From: a virus
Length of the DNA: 64,000 bases
Virus record (IMG/VR): IMGVR_UViG_3300045972_000071
Location: 23,618-87,617 of that record
Strand: one strand, 5' to 3'
In this document: positions 25,798 through 33,494 of the stretch, in pieces
How the letters are laid out: each line of letters begins with the position of its first letter
Numbering within the stretch: position 1 is the stretch's first letter
Translations under genes and position numbers: made by a program
The notes under the pieces: model-generated
What the model saw: the letters and a program-made list of their open reading frames with translations, nothing else
Databases searched by the model: none
What the model was told of the DNA's origin: nothing

Positions 25798-26414
25798 CTG
25801 GAAACTACGGATATGAACTGAATAAGGTCAAGACCAAGATTGACGAACTCCAACTGTATAAGAAGATGAAAACAGAGCAGTTGGAAGAAACAAAACTGGA
25901 ACTATCCCAGCTAAATAAGACGCTCCTCTCTGCTGAAAAAGCCAGAGCAGTTGTGCAGGCGGTGGCTAATGACGTACAAAAGAGCCTTGAATACCGTATT
26001 ACCAACATTGTTACTATGGCTCTTGCTTCTGTTTTTCCTGACCCATACGAGTTTAAAGTGGAGTTTGTCACCCGACGGAACCAAACTGAATGTGATATGT
26101 ACTTTGTCCGTGATGGGAATGAGTGCGACCCAATGGACTCAACTGGGGGCGGGGCCATCGACATTGCATCTTTAGCATTACGTATGGCTATCTGGTCAAT
26201 AAAGAAAACCAGGGCAATTCAACTTCTTGATGAACCTGCAAAGTTTTTATCAAGAGACTTGCAAGAAAAGTGTTCGGAGATGCTCAAGGAACTGTCGGAG
26301 AAGCTCGGCATTCAGATGATAATAATATCTCATATCCCCGAAATGATAAGTGCGGCAGATCGTGTTTTTAACATAGAATTAATCAATGGAGAATCCCATG
26401 TTAGAGTCATTTAG
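25791..26414 (+). CDS. SbcC/Rad50-like ATPase, C-terminal half
   Basis: Coiled coil, signature-like STGGG, Walker B LLDEP, IISH, ADRVF. Confidence 0.88.
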   Translation: MVTGNYGYELNKVKTKIDELQLYKKMKTEQLEETKLELSQLNKTLLSAEKARAVVQAVANDVQKSLEYRITNIVTMALASVFPDPYEFKVEFVTRRNQTECDMYFVRDGNECDPMDSTGGGAIDIASLALRMAIWSIKKTRAIQLLDEPAKFLSRDLQEKCSEMLKELSEKLGIQMIIISHIPEMISAADRVFNIELINGESHVRVI

Positions 26415-26616
26415 CGAGTTGCGACAGAAGAAAGTTGAACTGGAAATGGAACTATCCAATGTTATAACTCGGTCACTGAGGGAGTTCCATAGGGAAACGG
26501 GATTTATTCCTACTATCAGTGTGAGCGTAAGAGTGGATGTGTTGCACAACTTTTGCAGTGAACAGTCGGAATACCATCTACGGTGTGTAGAAGTAGAAGC
26601 TGACATACGATTATGA
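26398..26616 (+). CDS. Hypothetical protein
   Basis: GGAG RBS before ATG 26398. Confidence 0.55.
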   Translation: MLESFSELRQKKVELEMELSNVITRSLREFHRETGFIPTISVSVRVDVLHNFCSEQSEYHLRCVEVEADIRL

Positions 26617-26873
26617 GTTGGTACATAGTGACGGCAAATCTGGATAAACCTCACTATACAGCATATAAGGATATAAACTGTAAACACCTATTACGTCTTG
26701 GGGATAATAGGTGCAAACTACCCAGACATATAACATTCCGTAAGGAATTAGGAGTTCATTCTCCGTGTTCGTATTGTGCCACAGAAGAGAAACTAGAGTG
26801 GTGGAAGAAAGATTCTGTATACTTCACAAATAACCCACATAAACTGTCTGGTTATCATAAGGTGAACAAATGA
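26613..26873 (+). CDS. Hypothetical protein
   Basis: ATGA-coupled chain. Confidence 0.55.
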   Translation: MSWYIVTANLDKPHYTAYKDINCKHLLRLGDNRCKLPRHITFRKELGVHSPCSYCATEEKLEWWKKDSVYFTNNPHKLSGYHKVNK

Positions 26874-27190
26874 AATTAATACAGAAAATAGACTTAGTTA
26901 GAGGGCAGATGATTCCTGATGCGTTCATTTCTTTCGGTAACCATCATATAGGTGGAAAGTATCTCTGCATTAATTTTCCTCTGTACGTGCTTGATTGGAT
27001 GTATGACGGTTCAAGTGACTCTTACATATTTGGATGGTACACACCATCTATACGTATTGTTACTGGGCTTCATCAATTTGTTGTTTCCTGGTATTACATG
27101 TTCCGAAGTAATTTTATGGGGGAAGAAAAGATTAGGAGAAATTCCCTATACGGGCTGCCCATTTATTGTAAACCTAGGAAAGAAAAATAA
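26870..27190 (+). CDS. Hypothetical protein
   Basis: ATGA-coupled chain. Confidence 0.5.
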   Translation: MKLIQKIDLVRGQMIPDAFISFGNHHIGGKYLCINFPLYVLDWMYDGSSDSYIFGWYTPSIRIVTGLHQFVVSWYYMFRSNFMGEEKIRRNSLYGLPIYCKPRKEK

Positions 27191-27616
27191 ATGTTAGACT
27201 TCACTCCGGTAATGGATCGTGTATATACGATTCTAAAAGAATTTCCTGACGCCAGAAATGATGATAAGGTACTCAACTGCGAGTTCCTTTTATATTGGCA
27301 TGGAATACACACATTCAGAGAATGTATCGGAAATCATGCTGTACCACAATGCAAGACCATTGAGCGTTGTCGCAGGGAAGTGCAAAGATACTGTAAGGAT
27401 GTAGCGGCTGATCCTAAGATAACAGCGTTCCGCAGAAAGAACGAGCGTGACTTTTTTAAGGAATTAAAACGTCAAGGAATCGCTTGGGCCGTGAAAAGAA
27501 ATCTACAGGTGTTCAAAAAATCTGATAAGATCATATCTAGAAAAGAAAGAACGCTAATTGAAAAAGATTGGAGGAGAGAATATTATGGTCAAGCGCCCAA
27601 TGAAGTTCCCAAGTGA
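27191..27616 (+). CDS. Hypothetical protein
   Basis: P.ARNDD..L...TIERCRR.VQ pattern; 141 aa. Confidence 0.6.
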   Translation: MLDFTPVMDRVYTILKEFPDARNDDKVLNCEFLLYWHGIHTFRECIGNHAVPQCKTIERCRREVQRYCKDVAADPKITAFRRKNERDFFKELKRQGIAWAVKRNLQVFKKSDKIISRKERTLIEKDWRREYYGQAPNEVPK

Positions 27617-28526
27617 AAGTATCCCTGATGCAAGACTGGAAGAGATAGAATACCCAGTTGTTGTGTCACCCAAACTGGATGGGTATCGTTGTCTATGTGA
27701 CGGTGATACTGCATTCTCTTCCTCCCTTAAACCAATCACTAACAGATACATCCAGAAGTGTCTGACAGGTGAGGATTACGAAGGACTTGACGGAGAGCTT
27801 ATTGTTGGTTCTCCGTTTGCTTTGGATGAAGATGATGATGTTTTCAATCGCACTACTGGTCCTGTCCGCAGAGCAGACGGTGAGCCCGACTTCAAGTATT
27901 ATGTTTTCGATGATTGGAGATTCCCTCTTGAAAACTATGGTAAGCGTTGGATTAAGCAAGTAGAGGAATGTGACGAAATCCATACTATTCCTTTTGTTGT
28001 AGTTATCGAACAACGCCTTTGCCGTAATGCAAAAGAGGTTCTTGCGGCGTTCAAAGAGTTTGAGGATATGGGATATGAAGGTGCAATCATCCGCAGACTT
28101 ACTGCACCGTACAAAGAAGGACGCTGTACCTATCGTGAAGAGTTTGGTTTCAAGAAAGCGTCATGGGCTTATGATGAAGGTATCATCACAGGATGCTATG
28201 AGCAGAATGAGAACCTCAACGAGAAAGTAACCAATGAACTTGGTCTATCTAAACGATCTTCTCACAAAGAGAACAAGAGTGGTAAAGGTACTCTTGGTGG
28301 ATTTAACCTTAAATCAAAACTGTTTGAGGAAGATTTCTGCTGTGGTACGATCAAAGGTGCTACAATAGCTTGGCGTCAAGACATCTGGGATAAGTGGATT
28401 GCAAATCCTGATTCTATTCGTGGATTACCATTTAAGTATAAATATAAAGTTGTAGGTACACTTGAGAAACCACGCCAACCTATCGGTATTGGTTTCAGAG
28501 ACCCAAATGATATGACAGATTACTGA
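27585..28526 (+). CDS. ATP-dependent DNA ligase
   Basis: SPKLDGYRC, LDGEL, YYVFD, YEGAIIR; GGAGGAG RBS. Confidence 0.93.
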   Translation: MVKRPMKFPSESIPDARLEEIEYPVVVSPKLDGYRCLCDGDTAFSSSLKPITNRYIQKCLTGEDYEGLDGELIVGSPFALDEDDDVFNRTTGPVRRADGEPDFKYYVFDDWRFPLENYGKRWIKQVEECDEIHTIPFVVVIEQRLCRNAKEVLAAFKEFEDMGYEGAIIRRLTAPYKEGRCTYREEFGFKKASWAYDEGIITGCYEQNENLNEKVTNELGLSKRSSHKENKSGKGTLGGFNLKSKLFEEDFCCGTIKGATIAWRQDIWDKWIANPDSIRGLPFKYKYKVVGTLEKPRQPIGIGFRDPNDMTDY

Positions 28527-28529
28527 CTC

Positions 28530-28564
28530 TTTGAGCGTTTGAAACCGTATCACAGACGCTCAAA
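28530..28564. terminator. Hairpin after the ligase
   Basis: TTTGAGCGTTTG / CAGACGCTCAAA inverted repeat. Confidence 0.5.
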
Positions 28565-28641
28565 TCCTGCTCTGTAAGCTGTTGCAATGTGTCAGTGCTT
28601 GTGCTTGTATGCTTTAAAATTTTAAACTTGGGGGAATCAAC

Positions 28642-28995
28642 GTGATAATTCAAAGGAGATCAGTGAGATATTGTAAAAACCCCAACTGTAACTGCTTACT
28701 TCGCCAACGTGAAGGTGAATCAATGGCTAAGTTCATCCTTCGTAAATATTGTACCCCTGAGTGTAGTAAAGGAATGAAAGGGGATAATCGCAATGTTTGT
28801 TTCTGTGGTACACCCAGGGACTTGCAACACATACCGTTCTGTAGCTGGGATTGTCGATTGATAGCCATCAAGTGCAAGCGTTGGGGAATTGAACCAGATA
28901 TGAAAGAGTATGCTAAGAAGGCGCAAGAGTTGTATAATAAGCAGAGGGAAATTGATATAAGGTGCAGACCAGATCAGAATGTTTATTTAGCGTAA
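28642..28995 (+). CDS. Cys-rich (zinc-binding) hypothetical protein
   Basis: CKNPNC..YCTPEC, CFCG..FCSWDC. Confidence 0.6.
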   Translation: MIIQRRSVRYCKNPNCNCLLRQREGESMAKFILRKYCTPECSKGMKGDNRNVCFCGTPRDLQHIPFCSWDCRLIAIKCKRWGIEPDMKEYAKKAQELYNKQREIDIRCRPDQNVYLA

Positions 28996-28999
28996 AGGT

Positions 29000-29030
29000 A
29001 AAGCCCGATGATTAGATCGGGCTTTCTTTT
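29000..29030. terminator. Bidirectional terminator where the two arms converge
   Basis: AAAGCCCGAT-gattag-ATCGGGCTTT-CTTTT. Confidence 0.85.
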
Positions 29031-29041
29031 GGCTTTAATGT

Positions 29042-29116
29042 TTAGCAGGGTTTCTTTCCGCCTTTTCCGGGCATTGGCTTCCCTTTAGGGGCAGCTGGTT
29101 TCTTTGTTGATGCCAT
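29042..29116 (-). CDS. 24-aa basic micropeptide MASTKKPAAPKGKPMPGKGGKKPC
   Basis: AAGGAG RBS 7 nt upstream; fills the space between the o-spanin and the terminator. Confidence 0.6.
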   Translation of the reverse strand: MASTKKPAAPKGKPMPGKGGKKPC

Positions 29117-29120
29117 GTGA

Positions 29121-29408
29121 TTACTCCTTTCCGACTCCCGTAGAAGTCAAGTTGTTGTACTCAAAAATAGACTGGTTACATTTATCTAAAGCACCTTGGT
29201 ACAACTGTAAATTTATCAGCATGACCTTTGTGTTCTGTTCGTCCAGCCCGCCCTCTTCATTACTTGATACTTCATACATAGGTGGGTTAGCGACAAGGAA
29301 CATTGTTGGCTTAACGCACGGTGGGCAAGGGCACCCCGCCACGAATAATGACAGTACGCTTAGGAATAGTAGAAGCCTTAATCGTGCTGATATTAGTGAA
29401 GGTCGCAT
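29121..29408 (-). CDS. Outer-membrane spanin (Rz1-like lipoprotein)
   Basis: Signal peptide with lipobox VAGC, then a Pro-rich stretch; overlaps the i-spanin. Confidence 0.75.
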   Translation of the reverse strand: MRPSLISARLRLLLFLSVLSLFVAGCPCPPCVKPTMFLVANPPMYEVSSNEEGGLDEQNTKVMLINLQLYQGALDKCNQSIFEYNNLTSTGVGKE

Positions 29409-29628
29409 TGTCTATCCTTTTGTTGTTTTTATTTATCTTATCTTGAAATGCTTGGAGTTCTTTGTATTGTGTAACCTGACGGGACAATTCTGCTTTATCT
29501 TCCTCTAACCCGTCGATTACTTTAGGGTTATGAATGAAGAACCACCACAACAATAGTATTACAATTAAGATCAGAATGCAATCCCCAACCAGTTTCTTAT
29601 TCGTCCACAGCAGATTTAACCACACCAT
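29311..29628 (-). CDS. Inner-membrane spanin (Rz-like)
   Basis: AGGAGG RBS, N-terminal TM segment, then coiled coil. Confidence 0.75.
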   Translation of the reverse strand: MVWLNLLWTNKKLVGDCILILIVILLLWWFFIHNPKVIDGLEEDKAELSRQVTQYKELQAFQDKINKNNKRIDNATFTNISTIKASTIPKRTVIIRGGVPLPTVR

Positions 29629-29872
29629 TTTTAGCCTCCTGTACAGCTTGGGTTGTTGATGATATTTTGTTGATGCCATAAAATGTAAGCATTGCTAGTA
29701 ACCAATTTGGTTGCAAGTCTGGTTGTATTCCATTAGTTGAGTGCGCCATGGCATGACCTGAGCAAAATACATTCCAGAGAAAGCAGAGAAAGCAGAGTAT
29801 CCGTCCTTCTGACCAATCTTTTGTAATATCATCTTTGAACATATTTAGGATTGATAGATTTAATTTCCTCAT
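29597..29872 (-). CDS. Putative holin
   Basis: Two TM segments, S.GR and YG.NK motifs; between endolysin and spanins. Confidence 0.65.
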   Translation of the reverse strand: MRKLNLSILNMFKDDITKDWSEGRILCFLCFLWNVFCSGHAMAHSTNGIQPDLQPNWLLAMLTFYGINKISSTTQAVQEAKNGVVKSAVDE

Positions 29873-29964
29873 TTTTCATACTCCTCATTATGTCAACACC
29901 ATATACGTTCCAATACATGACATTATACCTATGGAGAATATAACGTATATCATCGCTATTAAGA

Positions 29965-30426
29965 TTAGGCGATTTCAAGCCTTCCAGCTTTATATTCGAC
30001 ACGTAAATCCCTCCAACGAGGATCCTCTATATGAGGTGCATCGTACAGTTTCTTGAAGTTACCACCCCAAGTCAATCCTCTCGATTCAGCGATCTTACCA
30101 TAAATCGCCCAAATTTCTTTAGGAGCAGTCCACCATATCTCACCATCTTCCAAGAGAGGGGCGCAATCGCATGCCAGTTTAAAGTTATGAGGAGAATCCC
30201 CACTATCAGCATTAGTGACATGTTCATCAGACTCGTCAATATAACCATCCCCATCGTTGTCCACACCGTCGGATTGCTGGATAAAGAGACCATGTTGCTC
30301 CTTCATTGTTCTAGTTGCGGACACTACTGCCCATTCATAACCTGTTGCTTGCATAGCCGCTAAACGTACATCATCTACAACAACGTGGAACATCGGATCA
30401 AGTGTGTCAATCTTTTTCGTGGACAT
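29965..30426 (-). CDS. Endolysin, M15-family (L-Ala-D-Glu-type) peptidase
   Basis: R...EQ..L, VTNA..G.SPHNF..ACD, GLTWGGNF..YDAPHIE. Confidence 0.92.
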   Translation of the reverse strand: MSTKKIDTLDPMFHVVVDDVRLAAMQATGYEWAVVSATRTMKEQHGLFIQQSDGVDNDGDGYIDESDEHVTNADSGDSPHNFKLACDCAPLLEDGEIWWTAPKEIWAIYGKIAESRGLTWGGNFKKLYDAPHIEDPRWRDLRVEYKAGRLEIA

Positions 30427-30434
30427 AGTACCTC

Positions 30435-30929
30435 CTATTTAATTTCAACACCATGATTAGTTAGGTGATGATCTTTAATGCGGATTAGTGCTTCGTGATC
30501 TTTGAGGCGATCCTCATTGTCCTTCATTCTTTTAAGTTCAAATACATCCAATTCATCTTCGAGGATCTTAATCCATACACGCAATGATTCGATGTCTTTC
30601 TGGATTGCTTCTTTAGTCGTTGCAACAAGAGCGTTGCGTTCAAAAACTAGATGCCCTAACTCTTTATTCACGTTCTCCGTGATTTGTTTTATATCATGCT
30701 TCATCTCTCCTATGCTTTGTTTGTTCGATGCTATGTCAATGGCATTCTTGCTGAATGCCTCGGCTCCGTCGTCCAGCTGATCTTGTTGCCGCGAATCCGT
30801 CAACCGTAGCAGGGTGTATAGGGTCGTTATCATCGCAAGGATTATCCCAGCGGTATATTTTACAAGATTCGTCAGACCCGTTATTATCTCTGGATGATAA
30901 TCGTTTAGCGGCGGCGGTGGCACGGGCAT
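30435..30929 (-). CDS. Membrane protein with a coiled coil
   Basis: One TM segment then heptads; AAGGAG RBS. Confidence 0.65.
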   Translation of the reverse strand: MPVPPPPLNDYHPEIITGLTNLVKYTAGIILAMITTLYTLLRLTDSRQQDQLDDGAEAFSKNAIDIASNKQSIGEMKHDIKQITENVNKELGHLVFERNALVATTKEAIQKDIESLRVWIKILEDELDVFELKRMKDNEDRLKDHEALIRIKDHHLTNHGVEIK

Positions 30930-31092
30930 CTCGGAGCTCCTTTTTATACTTTGCTTTCTTCTTATCTTTTTCGCAATCCCAGTATGCTTTTAAACATAGC
31001 ATTGTTGCAATAATAAACATTAGAGCTACGATGGTTCTAATAGACCAGATCAATTCTACATAGTCTATAGGAAAATCCTGTGTGCTGTTCAT
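30736..31092 (-). CDS. Membrane protein
   Basis: TM segment plus a basic tail; overlaps the next ORF by 194 nt. Confidence 0.5.
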   Translation of the reverse strand: MNSTQDFPIDYVELIWSIRTIVALMFIIATMLCLKAYWDCEKDKKKAKYKKELRDARATAAAKRLSSRDNNGSDESCKIYRWDNPCDDNDPIHPATVDGFAATRSAGRRSRGIQQECH

Positions 31093-31134
31093 ATCAGCCC
31101 CTTATGTGGTAATACATCCTAGGAATGGATTATG

Positions 31135-31416
31135 CTACTTCTCTAAATGGCTATCACAATGATTGGTCTCACCAGTTAAAATCTTGAATAAGAAGTTAAT
31201 AGGTTTCTCTAACCAAGAGTTTCTTCGCCCAGCCCATGAGCTTACTGTTTCATTTCCCTGCCCCATAGCTACATTACCAAGACGATCATAAGCCAGAACG
31301 ATTGCTAGTGCCCTCTCAGTATTGAACAGAAGGGACACCACAAACCAGAAATGAACAGCAAGCTCAATTACCAGTATGAGCATGTAGGCTATGAATAAAG
31401 CTACTCGGTATATCAT
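31135..31416 (-). CDS. Small membrane-associated phage protein
   Basis: Hydrophobic N-terminus; D.LGN...G.ETVSS...NHC pattern. Confidence 0.6.
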   Translation of the reverse strand: MIYRVALFIAYMLILVIELAVHFWFVVSLLFNTERALAIVLAYDRLGNVAMGQGNETVSSWAGRRNSWLEKPINFLFKILTGETNHCDSHLEK

Positions 31417-31748
31417 GGCACTATTGCATCAGCAATAATTTTAGCATCCCGCTGATCTGCAAAGTAGCGGTATGCAGAGTAAATAGCCACATGAGCCTCA
31501 GCAATAATCATCGTTCCGATCACTGAACCATCAACAGGATTGAGTTTGGGTATCTCAAGCATGAAGTCATTAAGTTCAGCAAAGAGGGGAATAGGAAGTT
31601 CCTGTCTTATTTGAACTGAACCCGATTCATTCAGAACAACAATCTCTTCACCAAACTCAACGTAGGGTGTAAGAGTTGCGGGGTTGCCAATGTGAATATC
31701 GTATGCCCTTTGTTTCGTGATGAATTTGTCCTGCTTGTAGTCTGACAT
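31413..31748 (-). CDS. Hypothetical protein (possible fibre chaperone)
   Basis: AAGGAG RBS; follows the Gly-rich fibre gene. Confidence 0.6.
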   Translation of the reverse strand: MSDYKQDKFITKQRAYDIHIGNPATLTPYVEFGEEIVVLNESGSVQIRQELPIPLFAELNDFMLEIPKLNPVDGSVIGTMIIAEAHVAIYSAYRYFADQRDAKIIADAIVP

Positions 31749-31758
31749 TGTTATCTCC

Positions 31759-32736
31759 TTACCACCAAGTTATTATAATAGCAGATGGACCACCATCCCC
31801 ACCAACAGACCTTCTCGTTGACCCCGTAAAAGCACCACCGCCACCGCCACCACCTGAACCAATCCCACCTTTTCCACCGTCTCCAGGAGTCCAAGCGCCT
31901 GTGAAAGTTGAAGTGGAACCTCCACCGCCTCCTCCTAAAGAACATAGCATTCCATTAGGTAAACTTATTCCATCCTCTCCATTAGTGCCACTACCTGCCC
32001 CCGCTGTACCACCCGCTGATGCAGTTGTAGCACTGGCATTAGACCCCACAACTGGACCTAACGCAGACACAGAACCTCCTGCATTACCTGCTGTATTGGC
32101 TGCTACAGCACAACCGCCACCAGATGCACCTGCACAGCCAAAATTGTTAGTAGCCACTTGTGTTATGGATGCCGCACCCCCTGCGGCTGAACCAACAGCA
32201 CCAACTTGACTCACAAAAACGGTAATAGCACCACCCCTATATGTATAAGGTACAGCGGCGTTACTTATTGCTGTTGCAATTACTCCACCTGTGGCTGATG
32301 CACCATTACCTGCTCCCGTTGCACCCCCGCCACCGTTGTAACCGAATCCCAAGCATGAAGCCGCTGAAAGGGTAATAGCTCCATATATAGCGGCACCAGT
32401 GGTGTTACCTAATCCAGGTAGTCCGTTAGCCGCTACACCCCCAGCACCACCACCATTCACGTAGAAAAATAACTGGTCTGGTAAAAATGCGGCTGGTATT
32501 AGCATCATAGTACCGCTACCAGAAGCTCCACCACCGCCACCACCAGAGTTTGTAACCAGACCAACAGAACTACCTGCACCCCCTCCGCCGCCACCACCTA
32601 GAGTTAGAATGTGAACCATGGTTGCATTTCTAGGTTTAGTCCATACTTGCAAAGCGGCGGCACCTGCAGAACCACTCCCTAGAGCAACGAACTGATCCCA
32701 AGGTTTTACAATGGCTGTATTTAACGCATGACGCAT
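31759..32736 (-). CDS. Glycine-rich virion fibre protein
   Basis: WTKP..ATMV...GGGGGGG...GG.GG...IITW glycine-rich domain; TAATG coupling. Confidence 0.75.
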   Translation of the reverse strand: MRHALNTAIVKPWDQFVALGSGSAGAAALQVWTKPRNATMVHILTLGGGGGGGAGSSVGLVTNSGGGGGGASGSGTMMLIPAAFLPDQLFFYVNGGGAGGVAANGLPGLGNTTGAAIYGAITLSAASCLGFGYNGGGGATGAGNGASATGGVIATAISNAAVPYTYRGGAITVFVSQVGAVGSAAGGAASITQVATNNFGCAGASGGGCAVAANTAGNAGGSVSALGPVVGSNASATTASAGGTAGAGSGTNGEDGISLPNGMLCSLGGGGGGSTSTFTGAWTPGDGGKGGIGSGGGGGGGAFTGSTRRSVGGDGGPSAIIITWW

Positions 32737-33485
32737 TAGTATATACCTCCAATGGCGCATACGTTCCAACCTGCGGCGGCTATAGCACCTAGCCCAACAT
32801 ATACTTCATATCCAGGAGGTAGTGCAATGTTCATCATGTAATCAATATCCGGTGTTGCCGCCGTTGCAATGATAGTTGTACCTGGTAACGTAACCTCACC
32901 ATATAACTGCATATTTCCAATAGCAGGATCTTTGTACTTGCCTAATTGCCAGTTAGTCGTAAGCTGAAAAGATGTTGCGGGTGCATTGATTTCAAAGAAT
33001 CGTAATTGAGCACCAGTAGCATCAGCAACATAAAGCTCATAGGATACAGCACCAACTACCGCTGTCCAGTTGAAGGTGACGGTGTTTGTTGCAAGACCGT
33101 TAGCAGGGACAACCTGTGAAACCTCTGTACTTATCAACGAACGGGAACCACCTGGACCAATGGCAACAAGTTTTGCATAGTAAGTTCCTGGGGTTAAAGC
33201 TCCGGTTGTCGTAGTAGTTGATGAAGCACCCATAGTAGGTGCAGATGCTCCGAACTGTGTATTGATTCCGCCAGAGTTAATGTAAATCCTTGCTACTGTT
33301 TGGGAATTAGTACCAATAGCCTTGAAGCGCAATCGCTCAATAAACGCACCATTAGTATCCCCACCCGCAAAGACTTCTTTGGTGTTGACTGTGGTGCCTG
33401 TGTAATCATTGGCAGCGGTTTTAAGCTGAACGCCCTCACCTATTAATCCGTAAGCTGTAAAAATTGGTGCTGTATTAGCTGGCAT
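32736..33485 (-). CDS. Virion structural protein (beta-rich)
   Basis: MPANTAPIF start, FN3-like W.AV.GAVSY segment. Confidence 0.65.
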   Translation of the reverse strand: MPANTAPIFTAYGLIGEGVQLKTAANDYTGTTVNTKEVFAGGDTNGAFIERLRFKAIGTNSQTVARIYINSGGINTQFGASAPTMGASSTTTTTGALTPGTYYAKLVAIGPGGSRSLISTEVSQVVPANGLATNTVTFNWTAVVGAVSYELYVADATGAQLRFFEINAPATSFQLTTNWQLGKYKDPAIGNMQLYGEVTLPGTTIIATAATPDIDYMMNIALPPGYEVYVGLGAIAAAGWNVCAIGGIY

Positions 33486-33494
33486 GTTATCTCC

